A DNA stretch of 64,000 bases from Camelus dromedarius. Its lineage: Eukaryota. The position numbers and the translations under genes are program-made. Where the stretch lies: contig NC_087437.1 in the NCBI RefSeq assembly GCF_036321535.1, positions 4,960,001 to 5,024,000 on the forward strand, given 5' to 3'. The notes beneath the pieces are model-generated. The model was not told the origin of the DNA. It saw nothing but the letters and a program-made list of their open reading frames with translations, and made no database searches. Below, one piece after another: positions 38,397-51,680 of the stretch. Position 1 is the first letter of the stretch. Every line of letters begins with the position of its first letter.

Positions 38397-40048
38397 CTGG
38401 ACGGACGGGGATGGGGACGGGGAGGGGGCGGGAGGAGGAAGCGGCGAGGGTGGGCGCGGAGCCGCGGCGCGGCGCGGGGGCGAGCGAGGGAGCGCAGCCG
38501 GGGGAGGGGCGGCCAGGTGCTCCGGGCGCGCGCCCCGGTCGCGGTGGGCGGAGCCCGGGGCTGGAGGTCGGGGTCCGGAGAAGTTGGGTAACGGCCCTGG
38601 GCTCGCACGTGGAGGGAGCGTGCAGACGCTCCCCAAAGCGTAGAGAGGCTGCAGGGACCCGGGGAAGGGCCGGAAAGGGCGTGAGAGGTGGGCACCTGGG
38701 GGCTGCAGCCTTCTTGGGAGCGGCCAGGGGAGGGGGGCTAACCCGACTCGCACGTGGAGGGAGAGAGGATTCGCCCCTTCGGCAAGATGCAGGAGCCAAG
38801 GGAGTGGGGTGAGAGGTGGCCCCGGGGAGGCGGCTATTCTCCCGGGGGTGGGGGTGGGCACGGCCGGAGGGAAGGGGGAGGGGGAGCAGGAACTGCCCGG
38901 GTCTTGAACCTCGAAGGTGAAAGAGCGCCCCTCGCCCGAACGCGCCCCTCCGGACTTGCGGAGGTTAGAGGAGACGAGACGGGACGCTGGTGGTTGCTGC
39001 CCTCTTGGGGAAGGGGCGATGCTGGCATTCTGGGCGGAAAGGCGGCATCTTGGCAGCCAAACTGGTGTGGACGCCCGAGCGTTTCTCCGCTCGCAGTTCC
39101 AATCCAAAGCAAGGCGATGGTTCTCTCCTAAATCCTCCTTCCAGGCTTGCATTCCCTCCGCCCCATCCCGTCTTTTCTAGCATCTGAAGGCTTTGCCTCC
39201 CACTCGAGAGAAATCAATTAAAAAAAAAAAGATGTGCTAAATTTCCAATAAATAGCATCCTTGGGTGGAGGAGGAGAGGAATGACTCCCTCACCCTGCTA
39301 CACACGCCCCCACGCCACCCCACAGCTCTGAAACGGCTTTTCTTTCTTCGGCAGCGCACAGTTACCATTCCAGGCTTGTGTGGGAGAAGACTGTTGTGCT
39401 CTTGTGCCTGTCCACCCGGGCGACCCCAGCCCTCGGTTAATACAAGGTACAGACGGTTAGAACACAAATGTGTGACGTCAGGCTTGGTCTTATAAAGTCC
39501 CTTGTTCCCTTCATCAATTGTGTCTCTTGGGACAGAGTTTATTTAGAGGATGGATCTGAGTCTAATGGCAGTCAGGAGAGAAGGAGATCTATGCCAGGAC
39601 TGTCCGTGTCTGATAGCGCTGCACTTACAGCAAAAAGCTGCTTTTAGCCCCATGAAAAATGAAGATATCGGAGTGCAAAATTAAAACACGGCCGATTAAC
39701 TAATAGCACGATCCTTCCAATATTATGTGACATACCAATGCCTTGATTCTATAGGAACTATTTCCTACCTAAAATTATATTCCTCATCATAAATTGTATT
39801 TTCTGCTTAAAATGGAGGGATTCTCGTAACTATGAGGTTAATGCTCATGGTGAAGGAAGCCAGGCTGCACTTGCTTTGCACTGTGATCAGTACCTCTCCC
39901 CCTGTACCTCATCAACTCCAGCACATAAAATAGAGTTGTTTGTCACCCAGCCTCTCCTGTCAGTTCGGTGAGGGTGAAGGAGTTAATCCTGTGAAAACAC
40001 TTGAGTTCTCCAAAACAAAGGTGTTGTGATGATATTACTAGAGTAATT

Positions 40049-40241
40049 TTTAAAATTTGGGGTTTTATGTTTGGTTGGTTGGGTTTTTTGGGGGGGGAGA
40101 AGTAATTATGTTTATTTATTTTATTTTATTTTATTTTATTTTATTTTATTTTATTTATTTTTAAATAGAGCTACTGGGGATTGAACACAGGAACTCTTGC
40201 ATGCCAAGTAGGCGCTCTACCACTGAGCTGTACCCTACCCC
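40049..40241 (-). mobile_element. vic-1-like SINE with an expanded (TTTTA)n tract
   Basis: Same family; TSD actagagta (40037-40045 and 40242-40250). Confidence 0.85.
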
Positions 40242-41749
40242 ACTAGAGTACTTTCTGATCACATATCACCGTTGTCAACAATTACCCATGTGCTATATCC
40301 AATACAGAGATCTTAGTCCAAGAGTGTAAGAATTTACCCTTGTTCATACAAGAGGTTGTTAAGCACTGTGGATGTCTAGCCAGGAATTAATACATCCCTT
40401 TACCCCCGACCACCCACTCCCAATAATCTCTCCTCTAAGAAAGTTCTAGAATGTAAAAGTAAATAGGAACTTGATTAGAAACCAGGCGAAGATTAACTTC
40501 TAGGAAAACAAGTGCATCTGAGAGTATGAATGTCAATTGTGGATGGAGTATGCATATTAACAGGTTTTAGGAGTGAGCTAATGAATCTTCTCTGGGCTCT
40601 TCTGAAGTTTTCTAATTCACAATAATTAATGAAAGTATTGTATAAGTCACCATCTCCGACAACCTTGCAAAGAAAGAAGGCTCCAAGCTCTCCTGATGGA
40701 TGGTGCTTAATATCCAGCTTGGTTCTCTCACCTCCTCCACCCTGAACACCGTTGAGTTTGCATCTTAATTTCACCATTTGTAGAAACTAAGCATAATATT
40801 ACCTGGCCTACTCATCTCGTACAATCAAGTAAGATAATGATACGAAAAAACTGTGGGAACTCTGCAGAACCATTCAAATTTAATGTTGTTATTACAACAA
40901 CTACGTTTCCATAGCTGCAGAGAGGCTAATAGTCATTCTGAAAAATAGGAGTTAGAAATCTATAAAATTGAGCAATAAAGTGAAATAAGATTCATGTTCA
41001 AATGCTGAAACTCTTTTTAAGATCTTTACTTTAAGGTTATTCTGGCCTATTATAAAATATTCAAGTTTTAAAGGAATCTATAGTATTAAAAAGTCTCATA
41101 TCATCAAATCCAGTGAGGCCAGGAACTTGAATGATATTAGTAATCTCTCTCTCTCACCCTTATCCCCCCACCCTTTCCTAATGTCGCTTTCATTCCCCGT
41201 AACTACAGCCCGCGGCTCTGCTCACATCATAAGTACTCTGCAGTCACAAAGGACACCTCAAATTCTAAGTCTCAAGGAATGACTAACTGGTTAGGCTAGA
41301 CTCACGTGCCCATGCCTCCGCCAGTCACTGCAACAAAGGAAGCAAGATCTTAGAACTGAGGACAGCTTCCGTTCAGAATTCACATCTGAAATGGAGAGAT
41401 GCCACATTGATGTGAACTCCCGCGTAATCGCTGTGGGCTAGGCAGCCACACCAGAGGTTACTTACTGTGCTGCAGTGTGTTGGGCATTGGCCACGACCTT
41501 ATGTGCTTTGTGTCATTTAAGTTTTTCAGTAACCTTTTGGGGTTAGGAAATGGGGGCCCAGAGAAGTTGCATGCCCATAGCTACCCAACTAATCAATGGC
41601 AGGGCCTGGATGCACGAGGACCTGAAAAGTTTATTGGTAGGAAATAGACAACTACCGATGACTTTTGAGCCAGATAATCCTTATATTATAAAATGATTTT
41701 TATGAGCCTGAAATACGTGGAAAAATGCATATACCAAACTGCCAAAGCA

Positions 41750-42420
41750 GCACAGATATGTTCAGAGACCTAGAGGGTAGAATTGGAAGACCCTATATAT
41801 GCCTGAAAGAGTTTCTGGAGAGGAGAAAATAGAGCATAGAGGAGAAGCAGTCTGCATAGTGATGATGTGTGAGCCAGTTTCAGACTTGAAGAAAAATGGG
41901 TTATCAGATCAAGGAAGATGCTAAGTCTCAAGTAGAATAAGTTGTTTAGAAATTGAGACCCGTACATAGTAGTGAAATTATGGAATACCAAACACAATAA
42001 GAAAATGTTTAAAGTTACCACGGAGAAAAGTCAAGTTATCTTAAAACAAATGACAGTCGTCCTGTGAGCAGATTTATCAGCAACCACAGGTTACAGAAGA
42101 TAATGGAAAATATCTTCAAAGTATTGAGGGTCCATAACTGAGAAACTAGAATCCTATTCCTAGCTAAACCATCTTTCAAGAGGAAGAACAAAATAAACAC
42201 ATTTTAAAAATATAGCACTCACAGATGGTTGTTGAGAGAAATACTAAAGAATATACTCCAACAAGAAATAAGCTGAACCCAGAAGGAATATGTGAGATGG
42301 GAGACGGAAGGATAAATAAATTAGCAAATAGCTTGATTAATTTAAGTCAGTGGTAATTTTTTTAAGTGCTAGTATTCTGGAATTTTAAAACCAGGTGAAA
42401 TTAAAATATTAGCCTTTAAA
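41750..42420 (+). mobile_element. Degenerate L1 ORF1 region
   Basis: tggaaaatatcttcaaagtattgagg, ctagaatcctattcctagctaaac. Confidence 0.65.
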
Positions 42421-42821
42421 ATGTCATTCTAAGTAAAATAAGCCAGAAAGACAAATAAAAATGCTGTATGATATCACTTATTTGTGGAATCTTAAAAAAA
42501 AAAAAAGACAAACTTATTTGCAAAACAGAAACAGACTCTCAGACATACAGAACAAACTTGTTACTGGACAGGAGTGGAGTGGTGGAAGGGGATAAACTGG
42601 GAGTTAGAGATTTGCAGATATTGACTGATATATCTAGAAGAGATAAACAAGTTCATGCTGTATAGTGCAGGGAACTTTATTCAATATCTTGTAGTGAGTT
42701 ATGGTGAAAAAGAATATGAAAACATATATGTATGTTCACGTATGACTGAAGCATTGGGCTGTACACCAGAAATTGACACAACATTGTAAACTGACTATAC
42801 TTCAAAAAAAAAAAAAAAAAA
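42421..42821 (+). mobile_element. Artiodactyl/camelid L1 3' end with poly(A)
   Basis: MISLICGILKK..KTETDSQT peptide; similar to 22740-23228; A18 tail. Confidence 0.85.
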
Positions 42822-43539
42822 CTCCTAATAGATAAGCAGAGAAAAGGTTAGAATATCATAAATCCAATTAGCTTGATATCATGGGAGAGTTATATGTGTA
42901 CACACACAAACACACATAATCAACAGTAAAAGAAAAAAAAAATAGTCCATACCACTTCTCCAGGACACTAAATCCAGCCATTTTACAGGTGAATTTTATC
43001 AAACACACAGGAAAAATACATTTCCTTTTTCTTGTTTCACAAAGTAAGAAACTAGGAACCAAGTGTATAACCAAAATTTGTGATGCACCAGGTGCGACTC
43101 CGACACCTTATCTTCCAAACCGACAGTTGGACATGTCCAAGTGCACTTGTTTCAACAGCCAGGCCATTCAGAAGCATTTCATTTAGTCAAAAGCTAGTCT
43201 GAGAGGGTCTCTGCTGAACTGTTTCAATTCTCTTTCTGCTGGTGACTGCCCTTCTATGGTTGAAATACACTGAAAATGCAGATAATAGACTGCCTAAGAG
43301 AAAAATATACAATTGAATGCAAAGTATGATATAAGATCTGTTAAAAAGCAAGCAAGCAAATATCTGAATAGAAAAACTTTTTTTTTAAAGACTGGAAGAA
43401 AACATAATGCAACATTAAATAAAGTTATGTTTGAGTGACAGAAGAATCAGTCTTCTGTTTTTCTGTATTTTTCATATTTTATTTAGTGAGAAATTAAGTA
43501 GTTTACAAACACATTGGTGCTTCATGATTTCATTACTTC

Positions 43540-45280
43540 ATTGGAATAAAAAAGGCATGAGACATAGAAAACAACTATCAAAATGGCAAAAGAAATTCTA
43601 ACTATATCAATAAGTACATTAAATGTGACTGGACTAAACACCCTATATAAAAGGCAGATTTTATCAGGCTGAATAAAATAGCAAGACCCAATTCTATGTC
43701 ACAGGCCAGCAAGAGACATACCTGAGATTCAAAGGTATAAGTGATTGAAAGTAAATGATGGAAAAGATACAGCATGCAAAAAGTAACCATAGAAGACCTA
43801 AAGTGGCTATATTAATATCAGACAAGATAAGCCTTAAGACGAGATATATTACTGGAGACATTTTTGATAAAGGGTAAGAACATCTAGAAGACAGAACAAT
43901 TACAAATGTACATACATCTAAGAACCAGCCCCTGAAATGTATGAAGCAAAAACTGGCAGAAATGAAAGGAAAAATGGAAAAGCAATAATAGAGATTTCAA
44001 CACCCTATGTTAAATAATTGCTAGAACAACTATAGGAGACTTTAACACACTATCAACCAACTTGTCTTTCATATTTATAGAACACTCCACTCAATAATTG
44101 CAACATACACATTTCTTTTCAAGTGCATGTGGAACATTCTCCAGGATAGACCATATGCTGTAACCCAAAATAAGTCCCAATAAAATAAAGGATATTGAAA
44201 CTATATAAAGTGTGTCTTCTGATCACAATGGAATCAAATTAGAGATCCATGACAGAAATAAATCTGGGCAAACACCACATATTTGGAAATCAAGCAACAC
44301 ACTTCTCAATAACCCATGAGTCAAAGAAGACATCACAAGGGCAATTAAATAAGTTGGACTGAATGAAAACAAAAATACAACATTTCAAGGTTTATGAGAG
44401 GCATCTAAAACAGTGCTTAGAAATGCATAACTTTAGATGCTTGTATCAGAAAAGTAGGAAGCTCTTAAACCAAAACTGAAGCTTCCACCCAAAGAAACTA
44501 GAAAACAAAGAGCAAACTAAACCCAAAGCTAGCAGAAGGAATGACATAACAAATGTTACAGCAGAAAAGCAAAAGAGAAAAAAAAATTTTTTAAGTTGGT
44601 TCTTTGAAAAGATCAACAAAGTTGACAAACCCTTAACTAGACTGACCAAGAAAACAAGAGAAAAGGCACTAATTATCAAAATCAGGAAAGGAAAAAGGAT
44701 ATTGCTACCAACCCTACAAAAATTAAAAGGAGTATAACGGAACATTATCAATAGCTTAATACCAACAAATTATACAAGTATGTGAAATGGACAAATTTCT
44801 GGAAGTACACAAGCTATCAAAACCAACTCAAAAAGAAACTAGTCAGTTGACTAAACCTATGAGAAGTAAAGATATTGAATTAGTAATTTAGAATCTCACA
44901 AACAGAATTCCTGGCCCAGATGGCTTCACTGATGAATTCTATCAAATGCTTAAAGAAGAAATAATATCAATCTTTCATAAAATCTTTCAGAAGACAAAGA
45001 AGAGAATATTTCCCAACTTATCTTGAGGCCAGTGTTATTACCCTGATACCATAGCCAGACAAAGACATCACAAGAAAAGAAAAATACAGACCCATCCCTC
45101 ATTAATAAAGATGCAAAAATCCTTAACAAAATATCAAATTGAGTTCAACATTAAAAAAAAAATACATGTACCATGACAAAGTTAGATTTCAGGAATGCAA
45201 GGTAAGTTTAACAGCTGAAATTCAACTAATGTAATATACCATATAAATGGGATAAAGGGTTAAACCCACATAACCTCAGT
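43540..45280 (+). mobile_element. Old L1 ORF2 5' half
   Basis: aatgtgactggactaaac, ggaacattctccaggatagaccatatg and ccagatggcttcactgatgaattctatcaa motifs. Confidence 0.9.
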
Positions 45281-45284
45281 ACAG

Positions 45285-47150
45285 TAGGAAGAGCCAACAA
45301 AGGAGACTGAGTGGGATTAAAAAACAAGACAAAAAAAAAAAATCAAGGGAGAATGTATTTCAGGAAAGAGAGTGGTCAACTGGTTGTGTATTCCTAAGTC
45401 CAATAAAAAGAGAAATGAGAACTAACCATTGGATTAAACCATGTGGAGGATGCCGACAACTTTAGGAAGGGTTTCAGGAAACTGGTATAACTGAAGATAT
45501 GATTGGAATGAGAAGTGGAGGAAGGAATACAGATAATTTTTTTCAAATAGTCTTGTTTTAAAGGGCAGCAGAGAAATGGGGCGGTAGATGGAGAGGAATG
45601 AGAAGCCTCAGGGAAGCTGTCTTTGTGTTTTAAGGTGGGAGATATTATCTATATATAGGGTGAGGACTGACACAGTTGAAAGGGGGAAACCGACCATGCA
45701 GAAGAGAAAGCAGATGCCTGCAGGAGCAAGGTCCTTGAGAAGGCAGGAGGAGATGAGATGCAGTTCAAGGGATGAAGTCGCACATCAAGAACTCTGAAAT
45801 GTCTGAGATTTTACCCTACTTGCATGCTAACAGGTTAGCCTGTCACAATTTCCTGGAGGCCGGCCGAAAACATGAGACTCTTGGGTCAGAGACAAAGGAC
45901 TTCATTTCTCACAGCAACAGCAGTAGCCAGAGTATTAGAATTTTCTTGCATCAATTTCCAGAACCTCAGTTCCAATAGAGCAACGCGAACAGGGCCAGGT
46001 GACACCTGCACAGGCAGTGGGTTGCATTACAAGTGAGGAAATCTGAGCTCAGTGAACCGGAGTCTTTTATCTGGGGCAGTAAACATGCCTGTCCTTTGCT
46101 CCAGAGGGAGACATTACCTTTATGACAGTGGACAGTCATAAGCATCCCTGATGTTTGTTCCAAAGGGACACACTATCTCTATCTCCAAAGGTGTTCACTC
46201 TACAAATGTCCTTGATAAGGGAGCCTGAAACAAAAGAAATGTGAGACACATGGAGAATTGTCTCAACAGAAAGTTTAGCCTCAGTTAAGAACATAGACAC
46301 TTCATCCATTTTGAGGTGTGGAGATTGGAGGAGTAGAAAAGATAAGATACTTGGAAAAGATGCTGTTAGCTCTCTTCTGTTTAATTTTATTTTCTTCCCA
46401 GCACATCAGTAGGTGAGGACTGGACGTCAAGAGTCCGGAAGAGTGGGAGAGGGTAGACTATGGAGATGACTTAGTGGGCACTGCTGAGGGCCTTCCTATA
46501 ATTTATGATCCTAAGTTTAAAGAGCACAGTGATGACTTTTAACCAGGTGTGTTCCGCTGCTTGGGTGTAGGGACAAAGCAGGCAGAGGGTTGGCTTTAAC
46601 CAGGATGGGAGTTTTTCCAGGCACGTATGGTGGAGAAGGAAAGTGACAGAGGTGTTGTGGACATACACGAAGGAGTGATGCCAGTGGTGGGCCAGGGAAT
46701 CTAGGCTGGATGAAGCAGAGAGTAAGGAGGGGAAGGACAGTGAAAAGTGGATGAGGCCAAAGGATCAGAGTTTCTGGTGGGGGTGAAGAATGGTTGGAGT
46801 CGGGGTATTAGAGAAAGTGAACTAGACAGGAGGCAGTAGTCAAATAACAGTGCTTCAAATCAAGAGCCAGAAGGTATATGAGCGTGGGCCTAGGTGGCTG
46901 AGGTGGGATGGAGGAAAAGATCACTGGAGGAGAGGAGTTCGGGGAACCGAGTGGCCAGAGTGCCAGATGGATCCTTGAGGAGCTTGTCGAAGCTGCCCAG
47001 AGTAACTGGAGTCATGTGCAGAGGAAGACAGGCAGGCGCTAAACTTCAATGAAGGAGGGGAAGTAACTGCAGAGTTACTGAGGACTCCAACAGAGAGGGA
47101 TGGCGGGTGTGTGGGCTGGTGGCGGACGATTCCTTCATTCCAGAAGTATT
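45285..47150 (-). mobile_element. L2 fragments, interrupted by an LTR
   Basis: Purine-rich L2-like sequence (gagagtggtcaactg; gagaactaaccattggatt). Confidence 0.55.
45800..46268 (-). mobile_element. ERVL-class solo LTR
   Basis: TG...CA ends; ttttaccctacttgcatgctaacaggttagcc motif. Confidence 0.6.
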
Positions 47151-47274
47151 TATTCATATATGACCAACTAGGCATGTGGGAGAGATGGATGATCATTGCT
47201 GTCCTCAAGAAGTGTATGAGCTAACTTGAAGAAAATCCATACACATAAGAAGCTAAACAGCAGGGCAAACTTGG

Positions 47275-47420
47275 CAGTACAGGTCGCAGAAGGGTCAGGA
47301 GACCTGAGGTCTCCTTCCAGCCCTGCCAATAATCAGCTGTGACCTTGGGTCAATCACTTAACCTCCCCAGGCCTCGGGTTCCACGTTTGCATATGGATGG
47401 GATGATTCCCAAGCTACCCC
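47275..47420 (+). mobile_element. MIR SINE
   Basis: agctgtgaccttgggtcaatcacttaacctc. Confidence 0.7.
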
Positions 47421-47794
47421 AGAGCCCAATATTCCCTAATTCTGTGATACGAAATAATACGTCTATTGCAGGAAAGTTAGGAAGAGTAAGCATGATTATT
47501 TAGATGTTAGAGAAAGGAAATTGAAGCATGAGGCACAGCATAATTTGTCCGGCATCAGACTGTTAAGCCAGGTCCATTGTTGCTTGTGTTAGTCCATATA
47601 GAGGGCAGAGCAGATGCCCCCGTCTGTGTTTGTTTCCCTCCACTCACACAAAGTCGTGTTTGCATTGTGTCTCTCTCTGGTTCTGATCAGGTCATGATCA
47701 CTTATGTCAAAGAACAAAGGAAACAATACCTTCAGAACCCATCGCTGGAACATCTACGTTCAGCACAGCCCTGAAAGAATACATTTTTATAGGA

Positions 47795-47875
47795 GGCAAA
47801 GAGCTGTGTTGCCCTCTAGGAAATGTATGTCGCATTAGAGTAATTAGGCTGACAAGCATTTCCCTGAGGGCGGAC
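47795..47875 (+). ncRNA. MIR563: Hairpin similar to human pre-miR-563 (syntenic sequence; expression unknown)
   Basis: GCCCTCTAGGAAATGTATGTC (47811-47831) pairs with GACAAGCATTTCCCTGAGGGC (47851-47871). It closely resembles the recalled hsa-mir-563, which lies upstream of and divergent to ANKRD28. Confidence 0.6.
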
Positions 47876-48049
47876 GTAATGATTGGGTCCAATAACCCTT
47901 GACAGCAGCGTAATGTTGGGGTGAGATTAGAAGTCAAGGTTTAGAAGGATACAAGTGAGGTAGAGGGGCTATAAACAGCTTTTCTTCTACAACAAATTCT
48001 TCCTTTATAACCATCATATTAATCCTATATTTTTTAATATATGCAAGCG

Positions 48050-49230
48050 CAGTCACTTACACAGTCAAAGATGCTCATTGAGACCAACTCTATGCTAGGC
48101 CCCTTTGTAAGGGCCAGAAATGGCACAGAGAGCAAGATGGCTAAGGACCCTCCCTTTTCTCCCTTTGCCGGTGTCTACTGAGTAGGGGAGGTGGACACAA
48201 GTCAGAAAATGAATAGGAAATTTTTCAGAGCATGATCAATTCTAGGAAGGCTATTATAGAGCAGGGTGACAGTCTATCCCTTGCCATGTTCTGGTTCCCT
48301 CGATTTAGAACATAAGTACCCCAAGAGCTAGGACTTTGTAGTATTCATCACCGCACCCTCCCGCCTTGGCTAGTGAATTTTAACTATGGTCCTCAGGAAA
48401 GTAAGGCCTAAAAAGTGAGTCTTCATCCATGCTGTGATGGAGGGGACAGAGCAATGTTCCAAGCAAGCAGCAAGTTCAGTGTGTTTAAGAAACATAAAAA
48501 AGGCTATTGTGGCCCAGAGGGTTGCAAGGATGAGAAAGTGTCACATAAGGTGAGGTTGAAGCCAGAGTCAGGGGCCAGAATAATCTGGGCCTTGGAAGCC
48601 AAATGAGAGGTTCGAAGTTTGAATTTTCCTTTAATTGCTGTGGTACGCCACTGGAGGGTATGCACGAGGGATAGTCTATGACCTTATTTTTATTTTTAAA
48701 GGTTGACTCTGGCAGTTGTGCAGGGAGGAGGCAGAGGGGAGTGTGAGAAGCAAGAGATCTGTGATAAGGTATGAGGTGATGGCGGCCCGGTACAGGGGAG
48801 GAAAGACAGGGAACTGGTTGAATTTGAGATCTTGTCTGAAGCCAGAACAACTAGACAAGCTGCTCAGTTGAGTGTTGGTGTTTTAGGGAAAAAAAAAAAA
48901 AAAAAAAAAAAGAGGAGTCCAGAAAGACTCCAGTGTTTTGGCTCAAATAACTTGGTACTGGAGGCACCACTAACTGATCGGGAAGCTGGGGGAAGATTGG
49001 AGTTCTTCCAGGAAAAAACAAGGATTCCATTTTGGCCATAGGACACTTCCAGTGTCCACTGGGCTTCCAAGTGGATGTGAAAATTAATGGTTGGTATGGC
49101 AAGATGTTGGCGCTGAAGATCTTCTTTTGTGAGTCACTGGCATTTAGATGCTCTGTAGAGCCACCAGCCTGAGTGAGATCACCAAGGAAGAGCATGTGGA
49201 CATGAGAGCTGGGGACCAAGCCTCGACCAT
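48050..49230 (-). mobile_element. L2 fragments
   Basis: tttaaaggttgactctggcagttgtg, gagtcactggcatttagatg and gagtgagatcaccaagg motifs. Confidence 0.6.
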
Positions 49231-50029
49231 CTGTCAGGGGACTCCAGTTTGGGCCTCCAAATAGTAGGGTATTTTACGTAGAATCGCATTACCGACCGGT
49301 TCCATCAGTCAGTTTTAAAACCCCGTTTTGTCTTCCTCCCTCTCAGCAAGCAGTGAGAGCCCATTGTGGGGGGAAGGCATCTTGGTGAGAAACTTTAAGC
49401 ACACAGCAGCCCCTGGGACCCGCCCATCGGCCATCAGCTACACAGGAGAGGCTGGGACCCGCCATGCCCTCTCCCATCCTGCAGAATTCCCCAGCGCCCT
49501 CCTGTCCTCTGTTTTCCTGTGTCTGTCTTTCCATTCTCTCTCTTTGGTTCCAGCTAGGTCATGCTTGCTTACCTCCACTTTCAGCTACACTGTGTCTTCT
49601 TCAAGGCCAGGATATTCGCTTACTTATCTTTCTATCCCTTATCGTGTTCTGCATTTCCTGGTTTAGAACAGTGAAGAACCACGAGAGCCAGGACCTTGTC
49701 TGTTAGGTTTACCCCTATGCTCTTGGAGCCCAGAACAGTGTTTGTGAATAAACATGCACAGAACAGATGAATACAGTCGCCGTCAACATGATGATGTTCT
49801 AGATAGGTGATCAGGTGCCCTGCCTCAGAGGAAGCTTTCTCTCTTTTGCTCGATAGATGTCACCTCCACTTGAGCCGTCCCACTGCACGTGCTAAGCCCG
49901 CAGTATAAAGAGGAACTTCATGTCTCACCACCATTAGGGACTCTTTCCAAGAGTCTGCGGTGCTGAGGAAGGTGAGAACAGGGCAGGTGTTTGTGGTCCA
50001 TGGGATGCATATATGCACTTGGGAGCTGG

Positions 50030-50530
50030 GGTAAATCATCTGCAAAGATGGCCAACAACAATGTCTTTCATCCCTATACGTACATGGTGCTCCTCCCAAC
50101 AGGAGATGCAGTTTGTTCCCCTTCCCCTTGAACCTGGACGGCCTTGAGACTTGCTCAATAGAATGCACTCCAAGTAACGTCTTATGAGTTTGGAGCCTGG
50201 GCCCTAAGAGGCCTTGCCACTGCCCGGTTTTACCGTCCTGGGATCTGGACACCCTGTTTGAGAAGCTTGGAGTTCTGGATGACGTGAAACCACATGGAGA
50301 GTGAGAAGTCCAACTATCCCAGCCACCACAGCCAAGGTATGAAACACGTGAGTAAAGCCGTCTGGGATTCTCCAGCCCAGCCAAGCTGTCGCAGCCAACC
50401 AAGCATGGCAGAGACAAACCATCCCTGAGGAGCCGCACCTGAATTACACAATCACGAGAAATAAGAAATGGTGTTGTTTTAAGCCACTGCTCTTGGAGGT
50501 TACTTGGTATTTCGCAGCAGATAACTAAAA
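50030..50530 (+). mobile_element. MaLR MLT1-type LTR
   Basis: ccccttgaacctggacggccttgagacttgct...ttgttttaagccact...gcagcagataactaaaa. Confidence 0.8.
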
Positions 50531-50599
50531 TAGGATCTGTTTCAGGAACCGTTTTACAACAGAACTTCTAGAAACACATTGCATTTAAAAGCAGAGCTG

Positions 50600-51680
50600 C
50601 AATCTCTAGCAATTATCTCTTATCTCAGCACTTTCCCTTCTAGGAATCTATCCCATAGATATCCTTGGACAAAATACAAGAAGATATATTGGCTATTCAC
50701 TGCAGCACTATTTGTAGTAGCATCAAACTTCCAACATCTCAAGTGTCTATCAGTAAAGGACTGGTTGAATAAGCTGTGTAGCATCTAGGTGGTGGAGTAC
50801 TATGCAGCCATGAAAAGGGATTATGGACACCTCTGTGAACTGCTGTGGTGTGATCACCAGGATATAAGGTTGAATGAAAAAAGCAAGGCAGAGAAAAGTG
50901 CTTATGGTATGCTATGCTATTGTCTGTTTAACTTACTTGTTTTTAATTGAAAGGATAAAATGTAACATTTCAAAAGAAATTGTTACCTATGGGGGAGGGA
51001 GGGAATAGGGTAAATGATGCCACAGGACTATAATCTGCAAACTCTAGATTTTGGGAAACATTATAGAAAAACCAACCCAGTTTCTGTAACAAAGAAACAT
51101 TTTAAAAAACAAAAGGGATAGAATGGGAACTCAGTGATTAAAAAGAGGGACTTAATTTATTCCTTTGATAACTATGTAAGTTTAAAAAGCTAAAGCTCTA
51201 AACGTTCTTAGAAACAATGATCAGTACATAGATGTAAATTTTAAAAATATGTGCAGTAAAAAAAGAGGAACTTAAGAGTCTATCAACTGCAATTTATGAA
51301 CATTTTTGTATTCTGAATTGAATTAAAAAACTGAAGTAGTGTATGAGACAATGGGGAAATTTAAACATGGGTTGAATATTTGATGACATTATGGATTTAT
51401 TATTTATGTAGAATAGTCATAGTGTGCTTATATTCTTAAAAGAATCTTCACATATTTAAGATACACACTGAAATTTTAATAGATGAAATGCTGTAACACT
51501 GGGAGTCACTTCAAAAGTATTGCAAGGATTGGTGAAGGAGGTGAAGTTAGGGATTAAACCAGACTGGCCATCAGTTGATAATTATTCAATCTGGACGATT
51601 GGTTCATGAAGGTTCATTATGTTGTCCTCCTTACTTTTGTATATATTGAGATTTTCCAAAATAAAAAGTTAAAATAAAAA
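50600..51680 (+). mobile_element. L1ME/MC 3' fragments
   Basis: ttcactgcagcactatttgt; gaatatttgatgacatt; ends at aataaaaagttaaaa. Confidence 0.7.

Larger units (their letters stand above)
37560..39120. promoter_or_regulatory. ANKRD28: CpG island: promoter and 5' UTR of ANKRD28
   Basis: Very high GC and CpG density relative to the flanks; GC boxes, CCAAT boxes and E-boxes; (CCG)5 at 38183-38197. Confidence 0.92.

Noticed and set aside
37546..39187. Many long overlapping ORFs (up to 332 aa) on both strands, one in frame with MAFLKLRDQ
   Set aside because: Expected from stop-codon scarcity in a CpG island; low-complexity R/G/P/A peptides, many with non-ATG starts. There is no evidence for an N-terminal extension.
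49860..50438. 192-aa minus-strand ORF
   Set aside because: Lies largely in an MLT1 LTR; no recognisable domain.
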